This document shows positions 20,573-29,175 of a DNA stretch of 64,000 nucleotides, piece after piece; position 1 is the stretch's first letter, and every line of letters starts with the position of its first letter. A model generated the notes under the pieces. The model did no database searches. It saw only the letters and a program-made list of their open reading frames with translations, and was not told the DNA's origin. Origin of the DNA: Candidatus Omnitrophota bacterium (lineage in GTDB: Bacteria > Omnitrophota > Gorgyraeia > Gygaellales > Profunditerraquicolaceae); NCBI GenBank assembly GCA_028715415.1, contig JAQURX010000010.1, positions 3,668-67,667 on the forward strand, given 5' to 3'. Made by a program: the position numbers and the translations under genes.

Positions 20573-21507
20573 TACTTTTCCTTCGGTTTGATTAAGTTAA
20601 TAAACGGTGAAGATTTCGGGTTTAAATCCAATTTATAGACATTATCGTAAAGCCTGTCGTCTTCCGCTTTCTGGGAATCTATGAAGTAAAGGACATCATT
20701 GCGTTCATCATAAAAGCTGGAAACATTCCTTTTGTTAAGAGTGATTAAAGTAACAGGAGCGGCCGCTGCCTTTGCCTCAAGGACTTCGATATTCTTATCT
20801 GTTACCAGGATAAAATGGTAGCTATCCGAATGCCAGAATAAATCGATAATCCTTTGGTTTTCATTTTCGATTATAATTTCAGGATCGGTATAATAATCTT
20901 TATTACGCACCGCAAGAAGAGAAACAGCCACCTGGCGGTAATCAAAACATAATACTTTCTCCCTGTCCGGGGAGATTTTCCATTTCTTGGGATTTTTTAC
21001 AGTATCCGGCAAAATACCTATTTCGGTAAAATGCCCGCCGTCAAGGTCAGAGATGTAAATTAAATTATCCGTATCCGAAGAATAATAAATCTTCTCCTTC
21101 TCTTTATCCAACCAGAACGAAGAAATACTGTCTTTATTAAGCTGCTTTATGTTTGAACGCAAGGGAAAGAATATTATCTTTTCAAGACGGGAAACCTTTC
21201 CGGCATCTACGTTTATTTCGCCAAACCAATCATAATATTTTTCGAGGCTAAGCCTGACATTGTAATTACCCGGCAATAATTCTTGAATTGTTGCAGGTGT
21301 TTTTTCATTTAATAATCTATTATCAAAATAAATACTCGCCCCTGATGGTTGAGTCTTTATTACGATTAACCCGGTTTTGGTAAATTTTAAAGTCTTGGTA
21401 TTGAATTTATACCCTAAGGCAAAAGATAATATAAGCGGCAAGCCCGCTACAAAAATAAAAACGCTTACATAAAATAAAACTGCCCTTATTCTTTGCTCTG
21501 CAGACAC
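20572..21507 (-). CDS. PEGA-domain membrane-anchored protein
   Basis: N-terminal TM, PEGA-like segment (IKTQPSGASIYFDN...TPATIQELLPGNYNVRL), beta-rich C-terminus. Confidence 0.45.
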   Translation of the reverse strand: MSAEQRIRAVLFYVSVFIFVAGLPLILSFALGYKFNTKTLKFTKTGLIVIKTQPSGASIYFDNRLLNEKTPATIQELLPGNYNVRLSLEKYYDWFGEINVDAGKVSRLEKIIFFPLRSNIKQLNKDSISSFWLDKEKEKIYYSSDTDNLIYISDLDGGHFTEIGILPDTVKNPKKWKISPDREKVLCFDYRQVAVSLLAVRNKDYYTDPEIIIENENQRIIDLFWHSDSYHFILVTDKNIEVLEAKAAAAPVTLITLNKRNVSSFYDERNDVLYFIDSQKAEDDRLYDNVYKLDLNPKSSPFINLIKPKEK

Positions 21508-21764
21508 TCTACGATTTTCCTTTCTAAATCCAAAATCTTCTTTTTATTCTTAACTCCCCAGCGATACCCGCCAATCTTTCCGGAAGAAGCAACTACCCGA
21601 TGGCAAGGGATAATTACGGGGAATTGATTTTTATTTAAAATTTGCCCAACTGCGCGGCTTGCCTTTGGCCTGCCGGCTTTTGTTGCAACTTGCTTGTAGG
21701 TGCGCACTTCTCCGACAGGAATATTTAAAACCGCTTTGAAAACTTTTCTTTGAAATTCAGTCAT
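21486..21764 (-). CDS. ogt: Methylated-DNA-[protein]-cysteine S-methyltransferase (C-terminal active domain only)
   Basis: 92 aa with active-site PCHRV and the DNA-binding wing. Confidence 0.7.
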   Translation of the reverse strand: MTEFQRKVFKAVLNIPVGEVRTYKQVATKAGRPKASRAVGQILNKNQFPVIIPCHRVVASSGKIGGYRWGVKNKKKILDLERKIVECLQSKE

Positions 21765-23000
21765 TTATTTGCCAATTACTTTCTTTCTTCTTAACACGTG
21801 ATGATAGGCAACAGCAAACCTGTGCGCTTCATCTCTTACACGTCTTATTAAATTTAACGCAGGCGTATCTGACTTTAATTTAATAGGAAAAACCTTGTAT
21901 CTAGTATATATATTTTCCCTGTCTTTAGCAATACTCATTAGAGGTATATTTAACCTCAAATTACTTAACTGAGAATCGGCTACGGCAAGATGTGCCTTGC
22001 CTCCATCTATAAGGATTAAATCCGGAAGAGGTAATTTCTCCTGAATGAGGCGTGAATAACGCCTATATACAATCTCTTTAATCATTCCGTAATCGTCAAC
22101 CCCTTTTACCGTCTTAATGCGAAACCTTCGGTAATTGCTTTTATCGGGAGTGCCTTTATAAAAACTAACCATCGACCCACATGCCTCTTTACCTGAAATA
22201 TTTGAAATATCAAAAGCCTCTATTCTCTCAGGAGCTGTTTCTAATTTCAGCAGGTTTTTTAAATCATCCAATTCAAACTGGCGGGAATTTCCTGCCTGAA
22301 TTGATCCTAACGAACTTAATGCGTTTATCTGGTCGCGCAATTGGGCTGCCTCTTCATATTTATGCTCTTTAGAACAAATATTCATCTGCCTTGAGAGCTT
22401 CTTAACCAATTCCTCTGCCCGGCCTTCGAGGATCAAACGGATATTATTAACGGTCTTGGCATAATCACTTTTGCTAATTTTTCCGATGCAAGGCGCAGGA
22501 GACAAACCGATCCTGTAATAAATACAAGCTCTCTTCGGTAATTTTCTGCAGGTTCGATAAGGAAAACATTTTCTTAGAATTTCTAACGCTGCTTTTAATA
22601 ATGCAGCACCCGTATAAGGCCCTAGGTAAATTGCACCGTCATTCTCTTTTTTTCTTGTGATATAAATTGCGGGGAATTCTTCATTTGTAATCTTAACCAT
22701 GGGGAAACTTTTATCATCGCGCAGCAAAACATTGTATTTAGGTTTAAACTGATGCACGAGGCTTGCCTCAAGCAATAAAGCCAAGCTTTCCGTTGGTGTC
22801 AGCCTATATTCGATGTCTGCGACATTTGACATGAGGGCTACTGTCTTTGAAGAAAGGTCTCGCCCCAAATAATTGCTTACTCTTTTTCTTAATGAATTGG
22901 CTTTACCGATATAAATAATCTTTCCGGAGCTATCTTTCATAAGATATACCCCCGGCGCATCCGGCAAACCAGCTATTTTTTGTTTAAGAGTCATACTCAT
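21765..23000 (-). CDS. uvrC: Excinuclease ABC subunit C homologue lacking the C-terminal (HhH)2 domain
   Basis: GIY-YIG N-terminus (GVYLMKDSSGKIIYIGKANSLRKR), UvrC RNaseH-like endonuclease region (LILIDGGKAHL...RDEAHRFA); 411 aa versus about 600 aa for canonical UvrC. Confidence 0.7.
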   Translation of the reverse strand: MSMTLKQKIAGLPDAPGVYLMKDSSGKIIYIGKANSLRKRVSNYLGRDLSSKTVALMSNVADIEYRLTPTESLALLLEASLVHQFKPKYNVLLRDDKSFPMVKITNEEFPAIYITRKKENDGAIYLGPYTGAALLKAALEILRKCFPYRTCRKLPKRACIYYRIGLSPAPCIGKISKSDYAKTVNNIRLILEGRAEELVKKLSRQMNICSKEHKYEEAAQLRDQINALSSLGSIQAGNSRQFELDDLKNLLKLETAPERIEAFDISNISGKEACGSMVSFYKGTPDKSNYRRFRIKTVKGVDDYGMIKEIVYRRYSRLIQEKLPLPDLILIDGGKAHLAVADSQLSNLRLNIPLMSIAKDRENIYTRYKVFPIKLKSDTPALNLIRRVRDEAHRFAVAYHHVLRRKKVIGK

Positions 23001-23037
23001 CTTATTACGGTTTCGCGTCTGTCTTGTCTTTTGTTTT

Positions 23038-23156
23038 CTCGGGGACGCTTATTTTGCCCCTGCGAGGCAAAATTTCGCTCCCCTGCGGTGCCTCGCTCTG
23101 CCTACATTCTATTTAGCGGGGCAACCGTGCCCGCTCGGCATCCTCGGAGGCCCCGA
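23038..23156. other. GC-rich structured intergenic element with mutually exclusive hairpins (candidate regulatory RNA/ncRNA)
   Basis: H1 ATTTTGCC-cctgcga-GGCAAAAT (23051-23073) competes with H2 GCGAGGC...GCCTCGC (23062-23096); H3 AGCGGGGcaaccgtGCCCGCT (23115-23135); outer CTCGGGG/CCCCGAt closure. GC content far above the flanks. Confidence 0.35.
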
Positions 23157-23208
23157 TAAAACAAAAGCCAAACCATCCGCTGAAAACAATTACTTATAAC
23201 TTTATAAT

Positions 23209-24741
23209 TTAATGAAGTGCCCTTAAATCATCTTCTACAGTCTTAGCTTTAAGAATAAATCCACTCTGAAGATACAGCATCTTTGATTTTTTATATGCTT
23301 CTTTTGCCGAAACAATATCACCAGTTATTTTATCAAGAGTTCCAATAATACGATAAATACCCGGATCTTCAGGATTAATCTCTGTAGCTTTTTTTAAATA
23401 AGACGTAGATTTCTCAAAATCAGTATCTGCATATACTAAGCTTAAAGAAAGAAGAGCATTTATATAATCGGGATTCAACTGTAGTGCTTTCTCAAAATAT
23501 TCTATTCCTTGCTGCTTTTTTCCTATATTTACAAGGCCATTGCCCAGCATTACCATTAAATCAACAGCATTTGGCATTAAATCTAATGATTTTTTTAAGT
23601 AAGTTATGCCTTTTTCTGAATCATCTAAACGCAAATACAAATCTCCAAGATTAGCATAAACGGCTGGATCGGTGGGATTAATTTGCATTGCCTTTTCATA
23701 ATAATCCTTAGCCTGTAAAAGTTGATCCAAATATACAGATAATAAGCCAAGAGTGTTATAGACATCTACATTTTTAGGGTTTATTTCAATAACTTTCTTG
23801 AGAAGCTCTACCGACTGTTTAAAATCATCTCGAAACATACATCTTTCTGCCTCTGAATAATAATAATCTGCCCGGCTTACAGTCTCTACAAATTGTTGGA
23901 TACTCATTTTGGAAGTAGTGGTAATCAAAGGCTTAATTGTATTAATCGCAAGAGCAAAATTTAAGTTTTGCCCCCCCTGCATCAAAAAAGTTACAATTCC
24001 TAGAACTTCACCTTTAGAATTTATAAGCGGCCCACCACTATTCCCCGGAGAAATAGGTGCACTAAACTGTAAATATTTTAATTTGTTATATTCTCGCACT
24101 CCCGAAAGTAATCCATCTGAAAAAGTATATTCCAAACCCAAAGGATTTCCGATTACATATATTTTATCCCCTATGTACGCAGAATCTGAATTGCCCAAAA
24201 GAATAGTGGGTAAATCATCTGCTTCTATCTTAAATATACAAATATCAAATCTGGCATCATAATATATTATTCCAGTGACAGGGTAGCTTTTACCATTTTT
24301 AAATTTAACATTTATCTCTTTGGATAACTTAGTCACATGAAAATTAGTTACAACTATACCTTTGGGATCTACTACAAAACCACTTCCTAGGTATTCTTCT
24401 CCAGCTAATGTTTTATTAGTAATGTAGACAACGGCCGGGCTTATGCTTTCGAAGATATCACGAGGGGAATTTTGGGATAGGGATTCTTTGGCTTTAGAAA
24501 TAGAGTTCCCATCAATACTCTTAATATCATTTAGAAAATAGGGCACCTGCACTCCATAGAAATCCACCTTTATATATTTATCTGTTCTTTCAACTATTTT
24601 TCCTTCTACTGTCTTTCCTGATTTAAGGACGATGGTTTCAGCAAAAACGAGGCTTGAAAAACATAAGCTAAATAGTAATATTAAGCTTAACAATCTTCCA
24701 TTCTTCATCTTCCTCTCCTTAATTAACAATAAAACCTTCAA
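23209..24741 (-). CDS. Secreted trypsin-like serine protease (S1) fused to C-terminal TPR repeats
   Basis: Catalytic triad context GSGFVVDPKGIVVTNFHV / DICIFKI / GNSGGPLINSKGEVLGI; about 200-aa TPR region at the C-terminus; signal peptide at the second Met. Confidence 0.75.
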   Translation of the reverse strand: MKVLLLIKERKMKNGRLLSLILLFSLCFSSLVFAETIVLKSGKTVEGKIVERTDKYIKVDFYGVQVPYFLNDIKSIDGNSISKAKESLSQNSPRDIFESISPAVVYITNKTLAGEEYLGSGFVVDPKGIVVTNFHVTKLSKEINVKFKNGKSYPVTGIIYYDARFDICIFKIEADDLPTILLGNSDSAYIGDKIYVIGNPLGLEYTFSDGLLSGVREYNKLKYLQFSAPISPGNSGGPLINSKGEVLGIVTFLMQGGQNLNFALAINTIKPLITTTSKMSIQQFVETVSRADYYYSEAERCMFRDDFKQSVELLKKVIEINPKNVDVYNTLGLLSVYLDQLLQAKDYYEKAMQINPTDPAVYANLGDLYLRLDDSEKGITYLKKSLDLMPNAVDLMVMLGNGLVNIGKKQQGIEYFEKALQLNPDYINALLSLSLVYADTDFEKSTSYLKKATEINPEDPGIYRIIGTLDKITGDIVSAKEAYKKSKMLYLQSGFILKAKTVEDDLRALH

Positions 24742-24744
24742 GAA

Positions 24745-25023
24745 TTAAATAATCTCCGCTGTTTCTGAAGCATTGTCTTCATCCCGAAAAAATTGAATAT
24801 CTACTATCTGTCCCTGCTTTATTGAATTAACAAAATTATTAATATGAAAATGGCAATCCCCATCTTTCTTTAAAAGATTCTCAAGGTAATTGATTAATTT
24901 TAATACATCATTCTTCTTTAGGCTTATTGAGCCTGAATACGCTGGAAGTTCGTGTTCTTTTGATTTCCCCATACCGCTATTTATAGTTATTTGCATTCCA
25001 AGCTCCTTTTCTTTAACACCCAC
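24745..25023 (-). CDS. Hypothetical protein
   Basis: 92-aa ORF overlapping the murJ start; no recognisable motif. Confidence 0.25.
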   Translation of the reverse strand: MGVKEKELGMQITINSGMGKSKEHELPAYSGSISLKKNDVLKLINYLENLLKKDGDCHFHINNFVNSIKQGQIVDIQFFRDEDNASETAEII

Positions 25024-26579
25024 CTATACAAATCGCGCATTTCGGAAACACGAAAGATAAAACAAAAAACAATGTAAGAAATAAACCCGAGCAGCAAAAT
25101 AATCCCTAAGTTAACAAACCTGCCCACATAACCAACACAACAGACAAAATTATATTTAGAAATAAAAACGCAAACTACGCCCATGCAAATACTAGCTGCT
25201 AATATCTTAATCAGCGAATTAATCACCCTTGCAATCTCAAAATCTCCCAGCTTCTTTTTTAACAAAACTACCATCAGAACAAAAGTTACAGTTCCGGAAA
25301 TTGAGGTTGCTAAAGCAATGCCTGCGATCTTTAATGGATACATAAATACAAAATTAAGAATAATATTTAAAATAAGTGCCAAAAATGCTAGCTTCATCGG
25401 AGTAACCGTATCTTTTAATGCAAAGAAGCAAGATTGCAGCACTTTTGTTGCTCCATATGCAAATAATCCAATGCTAAAATAGAAAAGCGCATCGGCAGTA
25501 AGTATTGAAGAGGCTGTGTCAAACCTTCCTCCCTGAAAAATACTTGTAACAATAATTTTAGATAATGACATAAACGCAGCTGAAGCAGGTATTAGCACAA
25601 ATGCAATTGCACGCAAGCCCCACGAAAGCGTTTTTCTCAATTTACTTAAATCATCCTCTAAAGCTTGCACAGAAAATGTAGGCAATATCGCCTGAGAAAG
25701 CGCAAAACTAAAAATCCCTAATGGAAACTGAATCAATCTATATGAAAAATATAACACTGCAACTCCGCCATCGCCTACAATCCAAGCCAGAGAGCCGAAG
25801 ATTGAATCTACAAAATTATTTAGCTGATAAATACCGGAACTAAAAACCCGTGGCACCATCAACTTACCGATAGTTTTAGCTGCCGGATGTTTAAAGCGCT
25901 TAAATAAATTGAGCCGAAAACCTTTTTTGTATAAAACCGGGATCTGTATAGCTAGCTGTAAAACTCCGCCAACCAAAACACCAAGAGCCAAACCTTTTAT
26001 CCCCTCTCCAAAGAGAAGCGCAAAGACAATTATGGAAATATTTAACAAACATGGAGCAAAAGCAGGCACAGCAAAATGCTTGAGCGAGTTTAATATGCCC
26101 ATGGAGTATGCGGCAAGGCTGATTAAGAGAATATATGGAAAGATAATCCTGTTTAATCTAATTGTAACTTCCAACTTATCAGGAAACGCAATAAATCCCG
26201 GAGCAATCAAACGCACAATCACAGGAGAGAATATAATTCCCAGGATTGTAATTAAGGAGACAACCACCAAAAGCAGATTTAAAACCACGTTTGCCAGCTC
26301 CCAAAACTCCTCCTTGGTGTGCTTTGCATTATATTCGCTAAAAACAGGCACAATCGCGGCATTGCTCGCACCCTCTCCAACCAAATCCCTGAATAAATTG
26401 GGTATTTTAAAGGCAATAACGAATGCCTGAGCATAGATATAAACGCCAAAAAGCCGGGCAATGATGATATCCCGGATAAATCCAAGCACTCTTGAGCAAA
26501 AAGTAGCAAAGCCAATGACTCCTGCTGACTTTGCTATTGCCTTGTGCTCCTTATGATGGCTGGTTTTGTCTGTTGACAT
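24987..26579 (-). CDS. murJ: Lipid II flippase MurJ (MviN)
   Basis: 530 aa, 14 TM; N-terminal RDIIIARLFG...NLFRDL..EGA..AA.VPV MurJ signature. Confidence 0.85.
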   Translation of the reverse strand: MSTDKTSHHKEHKAIAKSAGVIGFATFCSRVLGFIRDIIIARLFGVYIYAQAFVIAFKIPNLFRDLVGEGASNAAIVPVFSEYNAKHTKEEFWELANVVLNLLLVVVSLITILGIIFSPVIVRLIAPGFIAFPDKLEVTIRLNRIIFPYILLISLAAYSMGILNSLKHFAVPAFAPCLLNISIIVFALLFGEGIKGLALGVLVGGVLQLAIQIPVLYKKGFRLNLFKRFKHPAAKTIGKLMVPRVFSSGIYQLNNFVDSIFGSLAWIVGDGGVAVLYFSYRLIQFPLGIFSFALSQAILPTFSVQALEDDLSKLRKTLSWGLRAIAFVLIPASAAFMSLSKIIVTSIFQGGRFDTASSILTADALFYFSIGLFAYGATKVLQSCFFALKDTVTPMKLAFLALILNIILNFVFMYPLKIAGIALATSISGTVTFVLMVVLLKKKLGDFEIARVINSLIKILAASICMGVVCVFISKYNFVCCVGYVGRFVNLGIILLLGFISYIVFCFIFRVSEMRDLYRWVLKKRSLECK

Positions 26580-26651
26580 AGTATGGTAAATATGGTATAA
26601 ATCTTAAGTTCAGATTGCCCGGTTTAACATGGGCTTATAAAGGAGAAAAAA

Positions 26652-26915
26652 ATGCCAAGACGCGCAACATCTATCAGAACAACCCGCGTTAACAAGAAAA
26701 AACACTTAAAAAACCTGAAAGTTAAGACTCAGTTGAAGAAAACTTTGAAAAAATTTCAATCACTGATTTCTGCTAAGCAAATTAGCGAAGCAAAAGCGCT
26801 TTTAGGAAAAGTGTTCTCTCAACTTGATAAAGCGGCAAAGAAACAAATCATCCATTCAAAGACAGCCGACCGCAAAAAATCCCGCTTAATGAAGCGAGTC
26901 AGCAAAACAGCATAA
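26652..26915 (+). CDS. rpsT: 30S ribosomal protein S20
   Basis: 87 aa, highly basic; S20 conserved core; AAAGGAG RBS 8 nt upstream. Confidence 0.9.
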   Translation: MPRRATSIRTTRVNKKKHLKNLKVKTQLKKTLKKFQSLISAKQISEAKALLGKVFSQLDKAAKKQIIHSKTADRKKSRLMKRVSKTA

Positions 26916-27536
26916 ACTAATTACAAGTTTTTCTAAAGCAAAGGCAGGCTTAAGCCTGCCTTTCTTTATGTCTTTATCACATTCAACTAAAAGTGAAAGC
27001 CGCCTTTGCGTTTCTTGAGGCTTTAAAGAACTTTTTTCCCACGCGTAACGAAGCCCTCCTAAAATCCACTCTGGCCTCTGCCCGTCTTTTAAAAGCTGGC
27101 TTAACACCCTGATAGCGGCATCCGGTTTCTTAAGTTCAATGGAACGACTTAGGGTAAAAGTGTCTACTTTAAGCTCTTCTTGAAACCTTTTTACTTTTGC
27201 GAACCGCGAAAGCTGATTCAAGAAAATATCTTTACTATCAAACTTCTCTACATCTAAAACAAAAATAATATTATCGTCCTGTTTTTTTGCGTAGATAAGG
27301 ATAAAATCCTTAATTTCATCTTTCAGCTTTCCCGCATCTTTAATTACAATAAGCCGTTTAGCGCCTTTTGTAGGAAGGCATAATATTTTTTCCTGTAAAC
27401 CCTTTAGTGTTAACTCTCTGGCGTATAATATATCAAGGTTAAATTGTTCGATTTCTTTGGCGAGGGATTCCTGCTTTAGCCTTTTAAGCTGTATGTCTTT
27501 GGAAAGATTGTCATGGCCGACAAAAAGATAAACCAT
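26886..27536 (-). CDS. holA: DNA polymerase III delta subunit-like protein (short)
   Basis: 216 aa; N-terminal region resembles the HolA clamp-loader delta N-domain; lptE-holA synteny as in many proteobacteria. The 3' end overlaps rpsT convergently by about 30 nt. Confidence 0.45.
   Translation of the reverse strand: MVYLFVGHDNLSKDIQLKRLKQESLAKEIEQFNLDILYARELTLKGLQEKILCLPTKGAKRLIVIKDAGKLKDEIKDFILIYAKKQDDNIIFVLDVEKFDSKDIFLNQLSRFAKVKRFQEELKVDTFTLSRSIELKKPDAAIRVLSQLLKDGQRPEWILGGLRYAWEKSSLKPQETQRRLSLLVECDKDIKKGRLKPAFALEKLVISLCCFADSLH
26943..26969 (+). terminator. Rho-independent terminator of rpsT (GGCAGGCTTAAGCCTGCC + TTTCTTTAT); palindromic, so potentially bidirectional
   Basis: Perfect 8-bp GC-rich stem with 2-nt loop followed by a T-rich run; lies inside the C-terminal tail of the convergent holA-like ORF. 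Confidence 0.7.
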
Positions 27537-27554
27537 AAAGATAACTGATAAAAT

Positions 27555-28115
27555 TTACCACTCTTCAACCGTGCGCTCAACCACTCTGCGCGCAAGATCG
27601 GCTAAAGCATTATTAATAGCGGTGGCTTCCGAGATTGATTGGGTGCCTGTTACGAAATATTCAGTCAAGCCGGTAAAGTTATTCTCCTGCCAGACTATTT
27701 TATTTTCTTTTTTATCCAACAAGGTAAGGTTAACAATTAAATTCACCCTATACTGTGTTACATCGTCATTATCATTATATGTTAAAGGATCCTTACGAAA
27801 CTCCATAAGTTCCCCTTTTAAAACTAAATCCGCCGAGTCATCAACTTTAACCGGCCTAAGATTACCGTCAAAAAGGTACTTGTCGGAAACAGCATTTGTA
27901 ATATCGGTTTCCATCCCCGGACGATAAAGCCTGTATTTAGTCGCCACATATTCTTCTTTAGTAAAATCTATCCTATTGATAAACGGAGTTATATAAATAG
28001 TTTTGTATTTATTGGAAATCATAGAGCGCGTCGTGTATCCGCAGCCGATAAAAGAGAAAGCGCATATAACAAATAATAAACAACAGATTAATTTCTTTAA
28101 GCCGATTTTAATCAT
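27555..28115 (-). CDS. lptE: LptE-like LPS-assembly lipoprotein
   Basis: 186 aa, signal peptide with lipobox-like FIGC; position immediately upstream of holA matches the conserved lptE-holA arrangement. Confidence 0.45.
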   Translation of the reverse strand: MIKIGLKKLICCLLFVICAFSFIGCGYTTRSMISNKYKTIYITPFINRIDFTKEEYVATKYRLYRPGMETDITNAVSDKYLFDGNLRPVKVDDSADLVLKGELMEFRKDPLTYNDNDDVTQYRVNLIVNLTLLDKKENKIVWQENNFTGLTEYFVTGTQSISEATAINNALADLARRVVERTVEEW

Positions 28116-29074
28116 TTTTTCTTCTCCAATGTGCGTAATTTTTCTTGCGCTTTCGCGGCAAATGTACTATCAGAATAATTAGTTATTACTTCATTATAAT
28201 AAATCTTTGCAGATTCAAATTGTTTTTGCTTTTCGTAAAAGCGGCCGATATTGAAGTTGGCTTCTGCCTCTTCTTCTCTGATTGCAGATATGCTTTTCTC
28301 AGCTTTATCCGATAGAATTGCCTCAGGATGCTCTTTCACGAATTCTTCAAACTTCTGCTTTGCTTCTTCGGTTGCTCCCTGATCATAATCAGCTCCGCGC
28401 GAAACTGCCTGACGACAGACAGCAATTTGGAATTTAGACGGCTCCGACCATTCGCTATCAGGATAATTTGAAATAACCTTATTAAAAGCATCCTCTGCTT
28501 CAAAATATCTCTTTAATTCCTTTAAAACTAAGCCAAGTTTATACTGTGCTTTGGGAGCAAGCGGCCCATAAGTAGAATTCTCAATTACTCTTGTAAATAT
28601 TTCTATTGAGGGGTTCTCAACCGGCAACGTTAACCCCATAGCCTTACGTTTCTCTCCCGACATAAACAACTCGCCGATTTTGTATTCACGCTCGTTTATT
28701 TCTTTTATTCTTTCTGAGAAAGGATACTTATCAATTACCTTCTGATAAGCTAAATATGCTTCGTAGGGCCTGCCTGTTTCTTCCGCAATCCGGCCTAGAT
28801 AAAACTGGCTTTCTGAAGCTTCAAAAGATTTAGGATAAGCTTTAAGCAGCTTTTTAAATTCTTTTTCCGCCTCATCATAGCTTTTTAACTCAAAAAAGTC
28901 CCTGGAAAAGGCAAATTGCTCTTTTGGAGTAGGTTTTACAGAAGATTTTGGGTTAATCCACTTTTTGCTTTTAGGCGTCCAGATCCAATAGGCATGCGCC
29001 TGGCTCGTGGTAAGCACAAAAACAACCAAAAATATTAATAAAAGCTTGCGTCTCATAGGGTTTAACTTTAACAT
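28112..29074 (-). CDS. Secreted TPR-repeat protein (BamD/YbgF-like architecture)
   Basis: Signal peptide, multiple TPR-like helical repeats (YxxAxxxYxxVIxxYP pattern). Confidence 0.55.
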   Translation of the reverse strand: MLKLNPMRRKLLLIFLVVFVLTTSQAHAYWIWTPKSKKWINPKSSVKPTPKEQFAFSRDFFELKSYDEAEKEFKKLLKAYPKSFEASESQFYLGRIAEETGRPYEAYLAYQKVIDKYPFSERIKEINEREYKIGELFMSGEKRKAMGLTLPVENPSIEIFTRVIENSTYGPLAPKAQYKLGLVLKELKRYFEAEDAFNKVISNYPDSEWSEPSKFQIAVCRQAVSRGADYDQGATEEAKQKFEEFVKEHPEAILSDKAEKSISAIREEEAEANFNIGRFYEKQKQFESAKIYYNEVITNYSDSTFAAKAQEKLRTLEKKK

Positions 29075-29109
29075 AAATTTGGGAATTTGTCAACGGAAGG
29101 TAATAAAAA

Positions 29110-29172
29110 AGAGGCGTCTATTTGATAGGCCAAGTTATCACCGATTGATAAACTTAGGCTGGAGACGCCCCT
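29110..29172 (-). terminator. Long imperfect hairpin + T-tract downstream of the giant gene (also T-run on the plus strand; likely bidirectional terminator)
   Basis: GAGGCGTCT...GGAGACGCC stem closing 29112-29168, followed by TTTTTT on plus and TCTTTTTTATT on minus. Confidence 0.45.
29140..29154. repeat. 15-bp element ACCGATTGATAAACT, 3'-UTR copy of an inverted repeat that flanks the giant gene
   Basis: Exact reverse complement of 33712-33726. Confidence 0.8.
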
Positions 29173-29175
29173 TTT

